From Callorhinchus milii (Eukaryota): a stretch of 43,989 nt of DNA. The stretch is taken from NCBI RefSeq assembly GCF_018977255.1, contig NW_024705442.1, positions 1-43,989 on the forward strand, in the 5' to 3' direction. Below the pieces are notes generated by a model. It was not told the DNA's origin. It saw only the letters and a list, made by a program, of their open reading frames with translations, and made no database searches. How positions within the stretch are numbered: position 1 is the stretch's first letter; each line of letters begins with the position of its first letter. The translations under genes were made by a program, and so were the position numbers. Shown here in pieces: positions 1-12,750 of the stretch.

Positions 1-94
1 CCCAGGTTGATTATTAATATTATTTATTATTGATTGATTATTATTCAGATTTTTATTTTTATGTCTCTTATTCAAAATCACCAAAAAGCCTGAA

Positions 95-297
95 ACTAAT
101 CCCTGAAAAAAACAATCATGAAATTGTTCATTTCAACCCACGGCTGTTTGTGTGGACGCTGCTGTGCGCAATTGGCTGCCGCGTTTCGCCCACAAATATT
201 CAGTCACTACATCTTATCCTCTATTCTGTGAAGCGCTTTGAGACGTCGAGAAGCTGTGATAAGGCACTATATCCAATGCAAAGGTTTATTATTATTA
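95..297 (+). mobile_element. 5'-truncated Deu-domain SINE (core plus L2-like tail)
   Basis: Contains GCTGTGCGCAATTGGCTGCCGCGTTT and the tail CTGTGAAGCGCTTTGAGACGTC...ATGCAAAGG(TTA)n, matching full-length copies at 17900-18233 and 22577-22892. Confidence 0.85.
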
Positions 298-399
298 AAG
301 AGAGAGGTCATTGCGACAACTGGTCAGTCACAGTCTCTCTCTGTCCCTCTCTCTCTATGTTGTCACAATCACAGTCACAGTCTGCGACACAGACCCGGA

Positions 400-481
400 A
401 CTATAGCTCCCGGCATGCCTCACGGCTCAGTGACCTCTGATGATAGGGCCGGGCCGCGAGGTGCATCCTGGGAGCTGTAGT
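400..481. promoter_or_regulatory. Inverted pair of ZNF143/THAP11-type (ACTACAnnTCCCAnnATGC) promoter motifs
   Basis: + strand ACTATAGCTCCCGGCATGC at 400-418. - strand ACTACAGCTCCCAGGATGC at 481-463. A GC/CpG-rich spacer lies between them. Confidence 0.6.
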
Positions 482-679
482 CAGTGTGAGAGACAGAGAC
501 ACAGAGACAGACACATGTCCACACAGTCTCTGTCTCTGTGTCTCTGTGTCTCTGAGTCTGTCTCTCTCACTGACTGAGTTGGGAATGAGCCCAGCAGAGA
601 GCCCAGATTGAATTACCTCCGGAGTGAGGCCAGTCCAGATTGTGAGGGAATTTGGTGAGAGTGGGAATTGGGTGCAGAT

Positions 680-3603
680 GGGAAAGTAGGTGCAGGTTAT
701 ATATCGAGGGGGAAGTAAGAGGAGATAGATAATGGCCTGGCAGGTGATATGCGAGGAATGTGGTATGTGGGTGCTGATGGAGGGCAACCTGAGCCCAGGT
801 GACTTCACAGCAGCAAATGTCTGCAACTGAGGAAGATCAAACTTAGATCAGCTGAGCTGGTGTCTCAGTTGCAGACACTGCGCTTCATCAGGGACAGTGA
901 GCGGTTCCTGCACAGCATGGTGCAGGAGGCCGTCACTCCCCAAGGACTCAGCTATAGCAGACCATCGCTGCATAGTATCCATGAGAGTAGGGTACTGGAG
1001 CTATCGGCAGGTCAGAGTTCAAGAACTGGAACACTCCCAGAGGAGCCCAACACACAGCCACCCTTCATTCATGCTAACAATGATTGGGTGACACTGCGAC
1101 GGGGCAAGAAGAGGGTTTCTTCAAGGCAGAGGGCCCTCAACAGAGTACCAGTCACTTATCGGTACTCGTCTTTAGCTATCGAGAGCCTGGAAGCCTCTCG
1201 TGAGGACAGCAGTGGACATTCTGTCCAACAGGACAAGGGCATTTTTAGCAAGGGCAATAGAGATGTGATAGGGGATTCAACAGTAAGAGGAACTGACAGG
1301 ATCTTCTGTAATCAGGATCGTGAGGCTAGGATGGTTTGCTGCCTTCCTGCTGCAAGGCAGTGGACTTCACAGAGCCATGGACAAGATTCTTCGAGGGGAA
1401 GGAGAATGCTCAGAAGTCGTGGTCGATGTGGGGTCCCACTATATTCGTAAGAAAAGGGCTGAGATGCTCTAGGACGTGTATCAAAAGCTGGGGAGCAAAC
1501 TCAATTCAAGAACATCAAATTTGGTGATCTCTGGGTCACTCCCGGTACCTCGGGCAACAAGGCACCACAATGAAAGAATCAGGCGCATGAACAATTGAAT
1601 TACAGAAGAATTAGGGGAGATCTTATTGAAAAAATATAAGATTCTTAAAGGGCTGGATAAAGTAGACACTGAGGGTCTGTTTCCCTGGTAGGAGAATCAA
1701 AAGCCAGGGTTCACAGACTTAAAATTAAAAGTCAGCCTTTTAGAACAGAGTTGAGGAAGTATTTCTTCACTCAGAGGGCAGTGAATTTACGGAATTCACT
1801 ACCCCAGAAGGCTGTAGATGCTCAGTCCTTGAACATCTTCAAGGCTGAGACTGATAGATTTTTTAAAAAACAGAGTGATTAGGGGATATGCCGATAGGGC
1901 AGGTAATTAGAGTTAGGCCAAAAGATCAGTCATGATCTTATCGAATGGCGGGGCAGGCTCGAGGAGCCGAATGGCCTAATCCTGCTCCTAATTCTTATGT
2001 TCTTTTGTTATGATTGGCTGGAGAAATGGTCCGGAAAAGAAGGTTTCCGTTCTCTAGAAAATTAGCACCACAACTGGGGGAGGTGCGATCTTTACCTTGA
2101 GGTTGGGCCGCACTTAAGCAAGGCAGGAGTGAGCTTCCTTGCCAAGAGATTATCAAATGCTGTAGGGGCAGGTTATAACCAGTGTCGATGGGAGATTAGA
2201 GGATAAAGACAAGTGCAGAGCAGGTACAAGTGCACAATTTACTCAAATGCATGTAACTAAATGCACGTATATTAGGGGATAAAGTTGATGAGCTGCAAGT
2301 TCAACTGGCCGTAGGGGGTTACGATGTGGTGTCAGTAACCGAGACATGGCTCAAGCCAGGACAGGAATGGGAGTGGTGCCAAGAGACTGAAGAGTGGTTA
2401 TTGTTACTCCCCTCTGCAGAACGGGGCAGAAAGACGAACCCGGAAATTACAGGCCAGTCAGCCGAGCTTCGGAAATTCGAAAACTGCAGTAGACCATAAT
2501 CCGGTACAGAATATATCCCTACTGAGAGCAACATGAGGTAATTAGGGACAGCCAACATGGTTTTGTTGAAGGCAAATCTTGCTTAACAAATCTAGTAAAA
2601 ATTTTTGAAGAGGTGATTGCGAGGGTTAATTAGGGAAACGCGGTGGACGTTAATTACATGGATTTTTCAAAAAGGCTTTTGTCACTGTACCGCACAAGAG
2701 ATTAATAAAAACAAAATGTCCACGGTATAAAGGGAACAATGGCAGATTGGATTAAGCACTGGCTGAGTGACAGAAAGCAGAGGGTGGTGGTTAATGGGTG
2801 TTTCTCGAAATGGAAGGAGGTGAGCAGCGGTGTCCCCCAGGGTCCGTTATTGGGGCCACTGCTCTTCCTAATGTATATTAATTATCTGGACTTGGGCATA
2901 GAGTGCACTATTTCCAAATTTACAGATTATACAATGTTAGGTAGGAAAGTAAATAGTGAGGAGGATTGTAACCAACTGCAGGCAGACAAAAATAAAATGG
3001 TGGAATGGGCTGACATGTGGCAGATGGATTTCAATCTTGACAAGTGTGAGGTGATATACTTAGGTAGGAAAAAAAATAGGAGGCAATATAGACTTGGTAG
3101 CTCAATCTTAAGGGCGGATGGGGTGAAAGTACAGAGATCTGTGTGTTCAAGTAACTACATCAATAAAGTTAGCGGGGCACGTTCATAAGGCAGGAAAGAG
3201 GCATTTGGTGTACAGAGCTTTATTAGTAGGAGAAAAANGTATAAGATTAGGGAGGTTATGGTTAATCTACACAGAACACTGGATAGGCCTCAGCTGGAGT
3301 ACTGTGTCCAGTTCTGGGCACCTTACTTCAGGAAGGACATTGAGGCACTGGGAAGGGTGCTGAGGAGATTCACTAGAAAGATACCTGGAATGGGTAACTT
3401 TTAGCTATGAAGACAGGCTGGAGAAGTTAGGACGTTTCACATTAGAGTAGAGAAGGTTACGAGGGGACGTGATCGAGGGCTTCAAGATCATGAAAGGTTT
3501 CGACAGGCGTGATAAGGAAAAGCTTTTTCCGCTGGGATTTGGATGGGCAGAATGGCCTCCTTCTGTACCGTAACATTCTTGTCATCTACGAATCTATGAA
3601 TCT
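680..3603 (+). mobile_element. Decayed CR1-clade LINE (ORF1 esterase-like, partial endonuclease, RT, 3' tail)
   Basis: ORF 860-1450 has VIGDSTVRGTDRIFC...VCCLP (CR1 ORF1 SGNH-like). ORF 2739-3188 has WIKHWLSDRKQRVVVNG...SGVPQGPLLGPLLFLMYIN (RT). The CR1-type 3' end is GGATGGGCAGAATGGCCTCCTTCTGT. Many frameshifts and internal deletions. Confidence 0.9.
1598..2005 (+). mobile_element. CR1 3'-end fragment nested inside ORF1 of the older CR1
   Basis: Encodes the ORF2 C-terminus (GDLIEKYKILKGLDKVD...FFTQRAVNL) and ends in GGCTCGAGGAGCCGAATGGCCTAATCCTGCTCCTAATTCTTATGTTCTT. ORF1-like sequence resumes at ~2009. Confidence 0.8.
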
Positions 3604-5523
3604 TTCCGTTTCTCACCCCAATCAGTTCTAAACCCCAGCTTTATATTGTTAGTATGGTAAGCATTTTGCTTCGACCGCCCAAATTCAAAGACAGATTATG
3701 TTAATTTTGTGTTGAAGACGTAACCTTTTTCTTGGACGGATTATCGTGCTTAGCTTCCAAAATATTGCTTCAAAGAGTAAAAATTTACATTGATGTTATG
3801 TCCTTCATTCGCTGAAGTCATCTTTAAACGTACGGTTTGCTGCCAGGGCAAAGTTGTGTCTTGGTGATTTTGAACTAAGAAAGGTAGAGCTCCTTCTAGT
3901 AGTCCGACAGTTAAGAGCAAGATTCACTCTCGAATACTGGCTGAGAAACGGGGATCAATAAGAAAGTGACCTCACCTGGTACCCGCCTGACCCTGAGAGA
4001 GAAACTCTGGAAACTGGGTTCTACCTGGCCTATGGGTGGCGGGTGACATTTTGCGACACCGATAACATATCTCATCTCCACACTTCAAACGACAGTTTCA
4101 GGGAGAAACTTTGTCCTTATTTTAGTCCCTGTTTAATTGATGGCAGAGGAAATTCCGAGACGTTGAGCATCTGTGCAACAACAGTCACATGAAGCAATAC
4201 CAACAGACATTAACTGATTTTGAATGTAGTTCCCACCAGCCTTGGATCCGAACACAATAATACAGGAATTTGTTTGGCAAACAAGGAGGACGGTCCACCA
4301 GGTTCACTTTCCACCATCTTCGCAGTCGTTTGGCATGTGGGGTCTCAAACTATACAGTGTTTCTCCGTGTTTCTCTCTCTCTGTCTTTATATCTGTGTCT
4401 GAGATATCGCCTGGCATGGAGGCCTCTGCACAAATTAAAATTTGCGTTGTGTTCTGCTGTTTGACTTCGATTTCGTCTGTGCGATTGTGTGTGTGTGCAT
4501 ATGCGTTTCTGTGTGTCTGTGTTAATGTGATTGTGTGTCGGTGTGCGTTTGCCTATTTGCGTTTATATGCCAGTGTGTATATTTCTGTATTTGTGGGTAT
4601 CATTCTGTGTGTGTGTGTGTGTTTCAGCGTTGGGGTGTTCGTGCGTTTGTTTGTGTGTGAGTCTGAATATACAAAATAAGTTTACATAATTCTGTACAAC
4701 CACAGGACACAAAAGTACAAGTGAGTCTCTCCCGGAGTCCTGGTTGACAACACACCAACTTAAAATTGGACACTCACGTCACTGCAAATTCACAGCCTGC
4801 ACAAGGAAGTGTCTCGATACTGTACAACAGTGGTGTCTAAATGGAGGCCGCGGGCCACATCTGGTCCGATGGTGATTTTATCAGTCTAGATGCCGGCCCT
4901 TGCTGCAGTAGGTCAATTGCTGGTGTCAACATACTTACAGACTCGAATTCAACTGCCGATCTTTAGAGTCACAAGAGAATGCAATATGACACAGTGGCTT
5001 TGTTCAAATCTGGTGATTTATTTATTGGCTGAGAAGGTAACTCAGCAAATAAGGAAATACAGAACGGAAACTGTGGATACTTCAGCTACTCGTACAAGCA
5101 TTTTACACAATAAAATTCCAATGTTTATCTACCACATAATTTGACTCAATTCTCGAAGCCTCTCTCAATGACTAATAAATATCAAACTCAAGAATACATT
5201 TGATTTTCTTCCATTAAAGATTAATCAAAGAGCAATACACGATTGAATTCTTATGTATTAGAAACAACGTCGATTGTTTCCTCATCCAATAATTCGACAT
5301 AAACGATCAGATTGTTGCTCCCTTCCCACTTATCCACGTATCCTTCCTCACTCTGTTGCATTTCTAACCTTTCTAACATAGGATTTTGGCCGTTAATTCA
5401 ACTTGCCTAATCAACACCTATTTGATTAATCAATTAATCAATTACCTCAATATTAATTACCTCAATACATTATGTTTCATTGTCAGCGTTTCACAAATTA
5501 CACCAAGTGACAAACGTTTCCCT

Positions 5524-6422
5524 TTATTTAAATAGTTTAAATATGTGTTTAATCGGATAGCTCACTAGATATTTGAAATCCTCTCTGAATTTAGATTGTG
5601 TTAAAGCATAAATTACGGTGTTTGTGCAGCAACTCAAAACTTTAAGAATGTCTGTCACTTGTTCGACAACAAATACTGGGTCTCTGTAACTTTGATGGTA
5701 ATAACTGTTTAGCGATCGTGATAATATGAAATGTAAAACAAACATTAGCCACAACAGGATGAAGCTGCCTGATATGGCGAAGAGTAAGATGATGGATCTT
5801 CTTCGGTTCTCTATCTCTGCATCATTGCCACTATTACTTTTCTGGTGCAGGATGTTACTGCGGATTCTGTTGGCCGCTAAAATGTGTCTGACTGTCACCA
5901 CGTTCATCAGCAAAATCAGAAAGAATGGAACAAACGGGGTTATTATTGTGACAAACCAGTGAAATACAATCCATGTGCGAGAGGTGTAGTAAAACGCTTT
6001 GAACTTGCAAAACCAAGGCACTTTGTTCAGTATCTCTCTGGGCTCAAACATAAAGTACCAGGGAATGCTGATGAAACAACTCAGAGAAGAAATCACTCCT
6101 AAAACCACGGCTGATGTTCTCTCGGTGCAATAACTTGTTTTCAGTTTCACCCAACAGATGGCGACCAGGCGATCAAAGGTGAAAGCCACTGTGAACCAGA
6201 CTGACATGTGTGTCACCGCCGACATCAGCACCAATCTGAGTGAACACACGGGAGTGATTTCCAGAAATGTGTGATTGAAATAAAGAGCATGTATCTGGTT
6301 CAAAACCACTTCGTTGATGGCGAACAGGAGATCGGCCACTGCCATGGCCACCATGTAGACGGTGATACATTTTGAGAGCCCACACTTTCCCCGGGACAGG
6401 ACCACAATGGCCAACAGATTCG
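5524..6422 (-). CDS. GPR139/GPR142-like class A orphan GPCR, copy A, exon 2 (end of TM1 to C-terminus)
   Basis: Hydrophobic segments with family motifs NLLAIVVLSRGKCGLSKC, MAVADLL, FTFDRLVAIC, NRRRSIILLFAISGSF and SCCTNTVIY. Acceptor TTCTCACAG|CG. A phase-1 join to exon 1 gives 332 aa. Confidence 0.92.
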
Positions 6423-7746
6423 CTGTGAGAATGTGGAACAGCAAACAAACATATTTACCGGTGCGCTGCGTAAGTTAATGGTATTTAGCTCAAAGTTCAT
6501 TCACGCAGCAGTTTCCCATCAACACTCATGGATTGATGGGCCCATTTTAAAAAAAAATTCAAAGCATTAATCAGGAATATTTAAATGATCAATCACAGGT
6601 ATCACGCTTGCCAGGCGACTTCGGTACCCACTGAGCTGCAGATATTATTTAACCAATGAACTACAGACTAAAATAACCAGTAACATATAAGAAGTTCTGC
6701 CGAATTCCCTCTCTGTCGCCTGTTCTGTTGGACATGGAAGATCTCCTGTGACACTATCAGAAAATAGAATGAACTATGTCCACATTTCCTGGCCATGTAT
6801 ACACCGAATAAAGTGTGTATCCTCAAATATTTATTGCGTTTCTCTAGTTGCAATCATGTTAACATCTGGCAGGACATTGTCAAGTATATGCATTGAATAT
6901 AATCTTAAAGATGTGGACCTTATTTAGTATCAACATGTGCTCCTGCAGATGAGAACATAATTCCGAATATTCACTTCCACTAATTGAAGACGGCGTTAAA
7001 AACTCCACTGTATAAATGTCAAAAGAATTCGCCTCATACACAGCATAACTCGCAGTAACCTGAAAAGAAATAGAGGGCTCAATCGCGCTATTTATAGTCA
7101 AACATCGAAAATTTCGTGATTCTCCAATACCAATCTCACTGGTCACCCCAACCCCCTCCATTCACAACATCCAACTCATTGAAAACAATTCCAAACATGA
7201 CCACTCTCACACAATCTCCGCACTTCCATCACTCAAGTCATCGCTAGGATTCCCTGCCTCCTTTCCAGAAAACACATTGATATAAAGATACTCAAAATAT
7301 TTGCAAACCATTACCTGCCCTGGCATACCTCTGTCTCTCAACATCCTGACTGAACTGGCTCACTCATCTGATTAATCCTTCCTCACCGCCAGACATTCTT
7401 ACAGCCAATGTGTCCTGAAACACTGGAGGCTCAATGTTCCCAACTCACACCCTTTTGAGCGACCGTCAGATCAGACCGAAAGATATTCTATTAGGACTGT
7501 ACCTATGGTCAACATTCTAACAAGCGTAGTAACGAGCAGACCCTCCAAGAATAAGAGACACACTATCAGTCTCACAGCGAGAGTGGTGAGGGTTCAGCAA
7601 ACGACAAAATCTTATCTTTAAAGAGACATCAAAAAAGACATCAACGGAAGAGAAGTCACAGCTAGAGAAGCAGAAGTAGATGTGTGTGCCATGCGCAACC
7701 TTGTGTTACATCGGGAAAAAAGTACAATTTGTATCTAACTAATTAC

Positions 7747-7846
7747 CTGCAATACCAATAGCTGCAAGAATAGGATAATAAACTATCATTATCCGAAAAA
7801 GTGTTGGCAGATACTGCCACGGAATGAAGGCTATAGCCTTCAACAT
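7747..7846 (-). CDS. GPR139-like GPCR copy A, exon 1 (MLKAIAFIPWQYLPTLFRIMIVYYPILAAIGIA)
   Basis: ATG at 7846. 100-nt exon ending GCAG|GTAATT. The YYPILAAIG TM1 start is typical of the family. Frame is compatible with exon 2 and mirrored by copy B. Confidence 0.88.
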
Positions 7847-7899
7847 TGTGTATCACCAGCGGATAGGCTGTCAGTGCTGGACACTCAAAGCTGCCAGTC

Positions 7900-7905
7900 T
7901 TTATA
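7900..7905 (-). promoter_or_regulatory. Candidate TATA box of GPCR copy A
   Basis: GGGATATAAAGAC ~55 nt upstream of the ATG, identical in copy B (32435-32440). Confidence 0.5.
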
Positions 7906-8429
7906 TCCCAGAACTGTCTCCACTGGGAATAAGATATTTGCACAAATGATTGCGAAATACCAATGTTCCTCTTCTGCCACGAACTGCTGACTGGATTCCT
8001 TGGGGGAGGTTGGCATGATCTCATGGGGCCTGAGCCAGCGTTAAGGTGACGTGTTGAACAACAGAAAGCTGGAATGAAATCTAACACGTGTAGTGGTCAG
8101 GGTGAGCCTGTGTCTGAGTCAGGCCAGTTACATGTTGAGTAAATGACTGTGGTTGTGGGTTCTGATCAGAGAGCATGAATGGTGGCTGAGGTCAATGTTA
8201 TAAGACGGGTTTCGTTACGAGGCCCGTGGGTTGGATATAAAGAAAGGATTGGTCTTGTCCTGGCACAATATCCACCAAAACGAATTGTTTTTACCCAGTG
8301 AGAGTGAAACCAACATTGTCCCAAACTGTGAGACAGTGGATGAACCTGCTGCGCAATCTCACTGTGTGCTGAATCACGTAATGTTATTTCATAAAAGAAA
8401 ACTATGTGATCCGTAATTCAAAGTGTCAA

Positions 8430-10990
8430 TACTCCCTGATTCAAGCGTCTGACTCCCTAGGGTGCATTTTCCATAGAAATACTATTCGCTAACGTTGTGT
8501 TACTACAATAGAAATTTCATATATACACGGATCAAAAACAGCAGTGGTCCCAATACACATCACTGGGGAAAGCATTGCAGAATTCCCTCTACAGAGAAAA
8601 ACAACCTTTCTCCACCACTCTCTGCTTTCGTTATCCGAGACAATTCTCTTTCCATGCTGCCACCGTCCCTTTAAAATCTTGGGCTTCTGTTCTGTAACAA
8701 GTGTCTTTTATAGCACTTTACTATAAGCCTTTTGAAATTCCATATAAACTGCACGATCTGTATAAGCCTCCTCCACCCTCTTCGTTACACCATAAAAAAC
8801 TTAGACCGTGTTGGCTGTTTTTTATTGAACCATATATTTCTAAGTGAAAACGTATTTTTTCTCGGGAAGACTGTAGTCTCTGGAAGTTGCCACCCTGCAG
8901 AAGAGGGCATGAATGGCTGCTGAGGTCACTGTTATCAGACTGTTTTCGTTACCAGGGTCGTGGGTTGGGTATAACGAAAAGTCTGGTCTTGTCTTGGCCC
9001 AACAACCACCACAAAGATTTGTCTTACACAATGAGAGTGAAACCAATATTGTCCCAAACTATCACAGAGTGAATGCACCTGTTATGCAATCTCTCTGTTT
9101 GCTAAATCACACAATGTTGTTTCATCAGAGAAAATATGAGATCCGTGTTTCAAAAAACCAACACTCGCTGCTTCAAGCCTCTGATTCCCTCGGGTGCATT
9201 TTCCACAGATTAACTATTCGCTGACTGAAATAATAGTTGTGTAAACTTATTCTGAATTTCACCATTTAGATTTCTAAAGGCAGCAATCGACTCCCAAACA
9301 TATCTTTTGCGGTGTGAACATGGCCAATGTACTTATCCACACCTCATCGTCCAGGCCCTCCATTCATTGAATCATTTTTGTTGCTCACCTATCCGTCTAA
9401 CAGCTGAGATCATCAGCACACGTTGCGCTGTGTGTACACATTCTGTCCATCGTTTGCCTCCTATTTTGTGCCCAGCGATGCAACGTCAAATCTTCTCAGG
9501 TTTGGCTGGAAGGACAGTTGCTAAATTCTTTGCCAGATGCTGCCCTTATTGAGCAGCTTTGAAGTTTTTACTCCAGCCGAGCTCAATCATTCAGTGCATT
9601 TCGGCTGCTCTGGACATATCAGAAATTTGCATGGTCTTCAGTCAGATGGTCACCAAACATCAGATAACTAAAATGAACCATTTACTCAAAAGGCGCACTT
9701 CCCTGGTATCATTCTGGTACATCTCCTCTGTTTCCATTCCGACACATTATTATAGTTCCTAATGTGAGAAATTGCAGATATGCAAACAATGCTGCAGGTG
9801 CAATCTGTCGAATGATATGCATACATGTGCCATTGCCAGTTAACTTGTGCACACTATGCTTCTACCTAAAAAGCCCTGTGCTCTGGCAGCTTTTACATGG
9901 ACATTTCGACACGCATTGATGGGAAGGTTATACGAGGTGGCACTTTCAATGTCTAAGTTACTAGCAGCCTCCATGTTCCGTTCCTATTCTGCACCAAGGA
10001 AGGCGCTGCCCGTTTTGTTAATATATTGAATATTTAATATATATCGATCAAAATCAGCAGTGGTCCCAATACAGACAAATGGAGAACAACACTGCAGACT
10101 TCCCTCCATACAAACAGTGCCACCTAGTATATCCTTTCAACCAGAACCAGAGTGTACACAAGTCAACTGGCAATGGCACATGTGTGCATATCATTCGATA
10201 GATTGTACCTGCAGCATTGTTTGCATATCTGCAAGTCCTCATATTAGGAACGATAATAACCGTTCACCTCTACACTCTGCTTTCAGTATCCCTGACAATT
10301 CTGTTTCCAAGCTGCCACTGTCCCTTTTAAATCGTGGGCTTCTATTTTGGTTACAAGTGTCATATATGATACTATCTGATACGCCTTTTGAAAATGCGTA
10401 GCGACACCAACTGTGGAACCTTACTGCACCCTATTCGTTACTTCATAAAAAAACTTTATCCGGTTTGTTAGTCCGTATTGGCTCTTCTATATTAAACCAT
10501 AATTTCCTTTGTGGGAATGTATTTTTTCCCAGATTGCAGTCTGCAGAGGTTTCCCCACGACTGAAGTGAGACTGACTGGCCTACAGTTCCGGGTTTAACC
10601 TGCGACTTTTTGAACAGGAGACTAACACTCGAATCACTTCCGACTTCTGGCAGCACACTGGTGTCCAAAGAGATTTGAGAGATTTTTCCCGGAGCCTCCG
10701 ATGTTTGCCCAGTTATTTTCTTCGGTAAACTAGGATTCATCCCGTCCGGTCTGGGTGTATTATCTACCCTGTGCGCCGATTGATTTGTAGTAATTCCTCT
10801 CGCTTTATTCTTGACATAGATAATTTCTTTGCCCTCTTATCCGATACTGTAGCATTGGCTGCATTCTCATCTTCTGTGACCACGGGAGAAACATCTGTCT
10901 ATTCCCTTGAAGGATTTGTCCCCAAAGACAGTTTCATTGAAACTCTTCTCTGAGTCCCACTGAGCATCCATTTGCCATTGGCTCCTCTCC
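8430..10990 (-). mobile_element. Old, rearranged CR1 ORF2 relic(s) upstream of GPCR A
   Basis: The minus strand retains decayed RT-like tracts (TATTGGGACCACTGCTG, the LGPLL-like segment; KAARAQGFLGRSI) and a CR1 C-terminal tract. Shared with arm B (30300-31950). Confidence 0.65.
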
Positions 10991-11207
10991 ACAGAGTTAT
11001 CACCCTGACCGGACACGTGTGTTAATGCCACACTTTCATGTGAGTTCTGCACTGCCCGTCCCCTCTTCCTACCACAACCACAAGTACTCTCTCTGAACGC
11101 TCTGTGGCTGTGGGATGACAACCTCCTGAAACTTTAGGTCCATGAACACACAGAGTCACTCATTCCTTTACTGTCCCTCTCCCACATGCACTCTGCCTGT
11201 CTACAAT

Positions 11208-11225
11208 GGAGAGAGTGAGAGAGGG

Positions 11226-11284
<59 letters not shown>

Positions 11285-11372
11285 ATGAGAGACAGAGAGA
11301 GAGTGAGATAAAGAATGTGAGAGACAGAGAGAAGTGTAAAATTGTGAGAGAGAGTGTTAGAGAGAGAGAGAG
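11208..11372 (+). repeat. (GA)n microsatellite / GA-rich tract
   Basis: Perfect (GA)n at ~11229-11280 with degenerate flanks. Confidence 0.95.
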
Positions 11373-11779
11373 AAACAACATGACCGAGTGTAAAGGCCTC
11401 TCATCGCCGGAGGATGTCCAAGGCCGACGGACAGAGAGAAATTCCGAGTTGCTTCGCAGTTTCTCAACAACAAACAAAAAAAAAGCATTTCTTTCCCCTC
11501 CTTCACGGAGGATCAGGACTCTTAGCTTCTAGTCAGTGTTGGCTTATGATTGACGAATCCATTTTCTTTCCTTTTCATGTGTTTATGTCAATAAACTGTT
11601 TCGCACTGAATCCCACGACATTAGTTGTGTTGCTCATTCCCTGGTTCTGGTTATCAGCATTTACTGCTAAAGAGCGGTCAGACACAGACAGCAATTCACT
11701 GCTTCTCCTTCTCTCCTCGTGGATTTGAGGCAAGTAATCATTTGCAGTGATTCAGTCTGGGTTCAAATTACAAATAAAA

Positions 11780-12152
11780 ACCTGCGGTTCCGCAGTATTG
11801 CCACCAGTCGGTGGTGTTGCACTGTGTAACTGCTCATTATATTCTGTGTAATTATACTATTTATAATAATTCGGCATTTGATATTGCGCTGTTCACGTCT
11901 TGCAGACGCCTCAAAGCGCTTGTTTAGTCAATTCCCTTCTCCTCCTTGAGGGGAGGTGACCAGAGTCTCCCTGGAGCTGATCTGGAGCTCTGCAACTCAT
12001 GTGGAATGGAGCCATTCCTGCGTGATGGTCACTCGGGTGGACAGTGTGATCACTGCCTGTCCCGGGCTGTGTGTGTGTGTGTGTGTGCGTGTGTGTGTGT
12101 GGGTGGTGGTGGGTGTGTGTTCTGTGCCTGTGTGTGTGTGTGTGTGTGTGTG

Positions 12153-12186
<34 letters not shown>

Positions 12187-12750
12187 CTGTGTGTGTGTTT
12201 CTGTGCCTGTGTGTGTGTGTGTGTGTGTGTGTTGTGTGTGTGTGTGTTAAGAGTGTGTATTACTGTGCCTGTGTTGTGCGTGTGTCCTGTTTGTCTGTGT
12301 GTGTCTGTTTGTTTCTGTGTGTGTTTGTGTCTGCGTTTCTGTGTCTGTGTGCCTGTGTCTGTGTCTTTGTCTGTCATCTATCTGTCTCTGTATCTGTCTG
12401 CGTTGACGCTCGTGTGTATCGCTGTCTGTGTGTATATGTTTGTGCCTGTGTGTGTGAGTGCGTGTCTCTCTCTCTGTGTGTATATGTGTGTGACTGTGTG
12501 TGGTTGTGTGTCTAACCCCCTGTGCTACAGGACACTTTACAAAAACACTTTGCATTGAATCCTGTAAAAACTCAGTCACGACACTATCCTGTGAAGCGCA
12601 TTGAGACGTCTCAAAGTCGTGATAAGGCGCTGGGATAAAGACAATTATTATTATCATGGTTATTACAAAAAGACTTTTTAATCGCCCAAAACACCACGTC
12701 TCCCATTTGAGAAGAGAACGGACTCGCTTTAAATCCAAAATACTGTCTGC
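11780..12750 (+). repeat. Copy 1 of a local direct duplication (paralog 13934-14655), including a (GT)n tract
   Basis: Same order of elements in both copies: CTCF-like site, antisense SINE tail, CACTCGGGT...GTCCCGGGCTGTGT, GT repeat, sense SINE tail, CGTCTCCC...CTTTAAA. Confidence 0.8.

Larger units (their letters stand above)
3985..11148 (-). repeat. Left arm of inverted segmental duplication (paralogous to 29805-36890)
   Basis: Collinear reverse-complement similarity from GCCTGACCCTGAGAGAGA (~3985) to TTAGGTCCATGAACACA (~11148), spanning the GPCR, its intron, promoter and shared CR1 relic. Confidence 0.9.

Noticed and set aside
6423..6444. ORF-track starts for the GPCRs (MLFHILT / MLFHFLT at 33865)
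   Set aside because: Non-ATG starts lying in the polypyrimidine tract. The true N-terminus is in the 100-nt exon 1.
7743..8087. ORF conserved between arms (with 32316-32597), plus antisense ORFs over the GPCRs
   Set aside because: Alternative-frame by-products of the duplication, with different starts and no recognisable domain.
11946..12738. Long Cys/Val- or His/Thr-rich ORFs (also 14118-14552 and 16149-18528)
   Set aside because: Translations of GT/CA low-complexity repeats.
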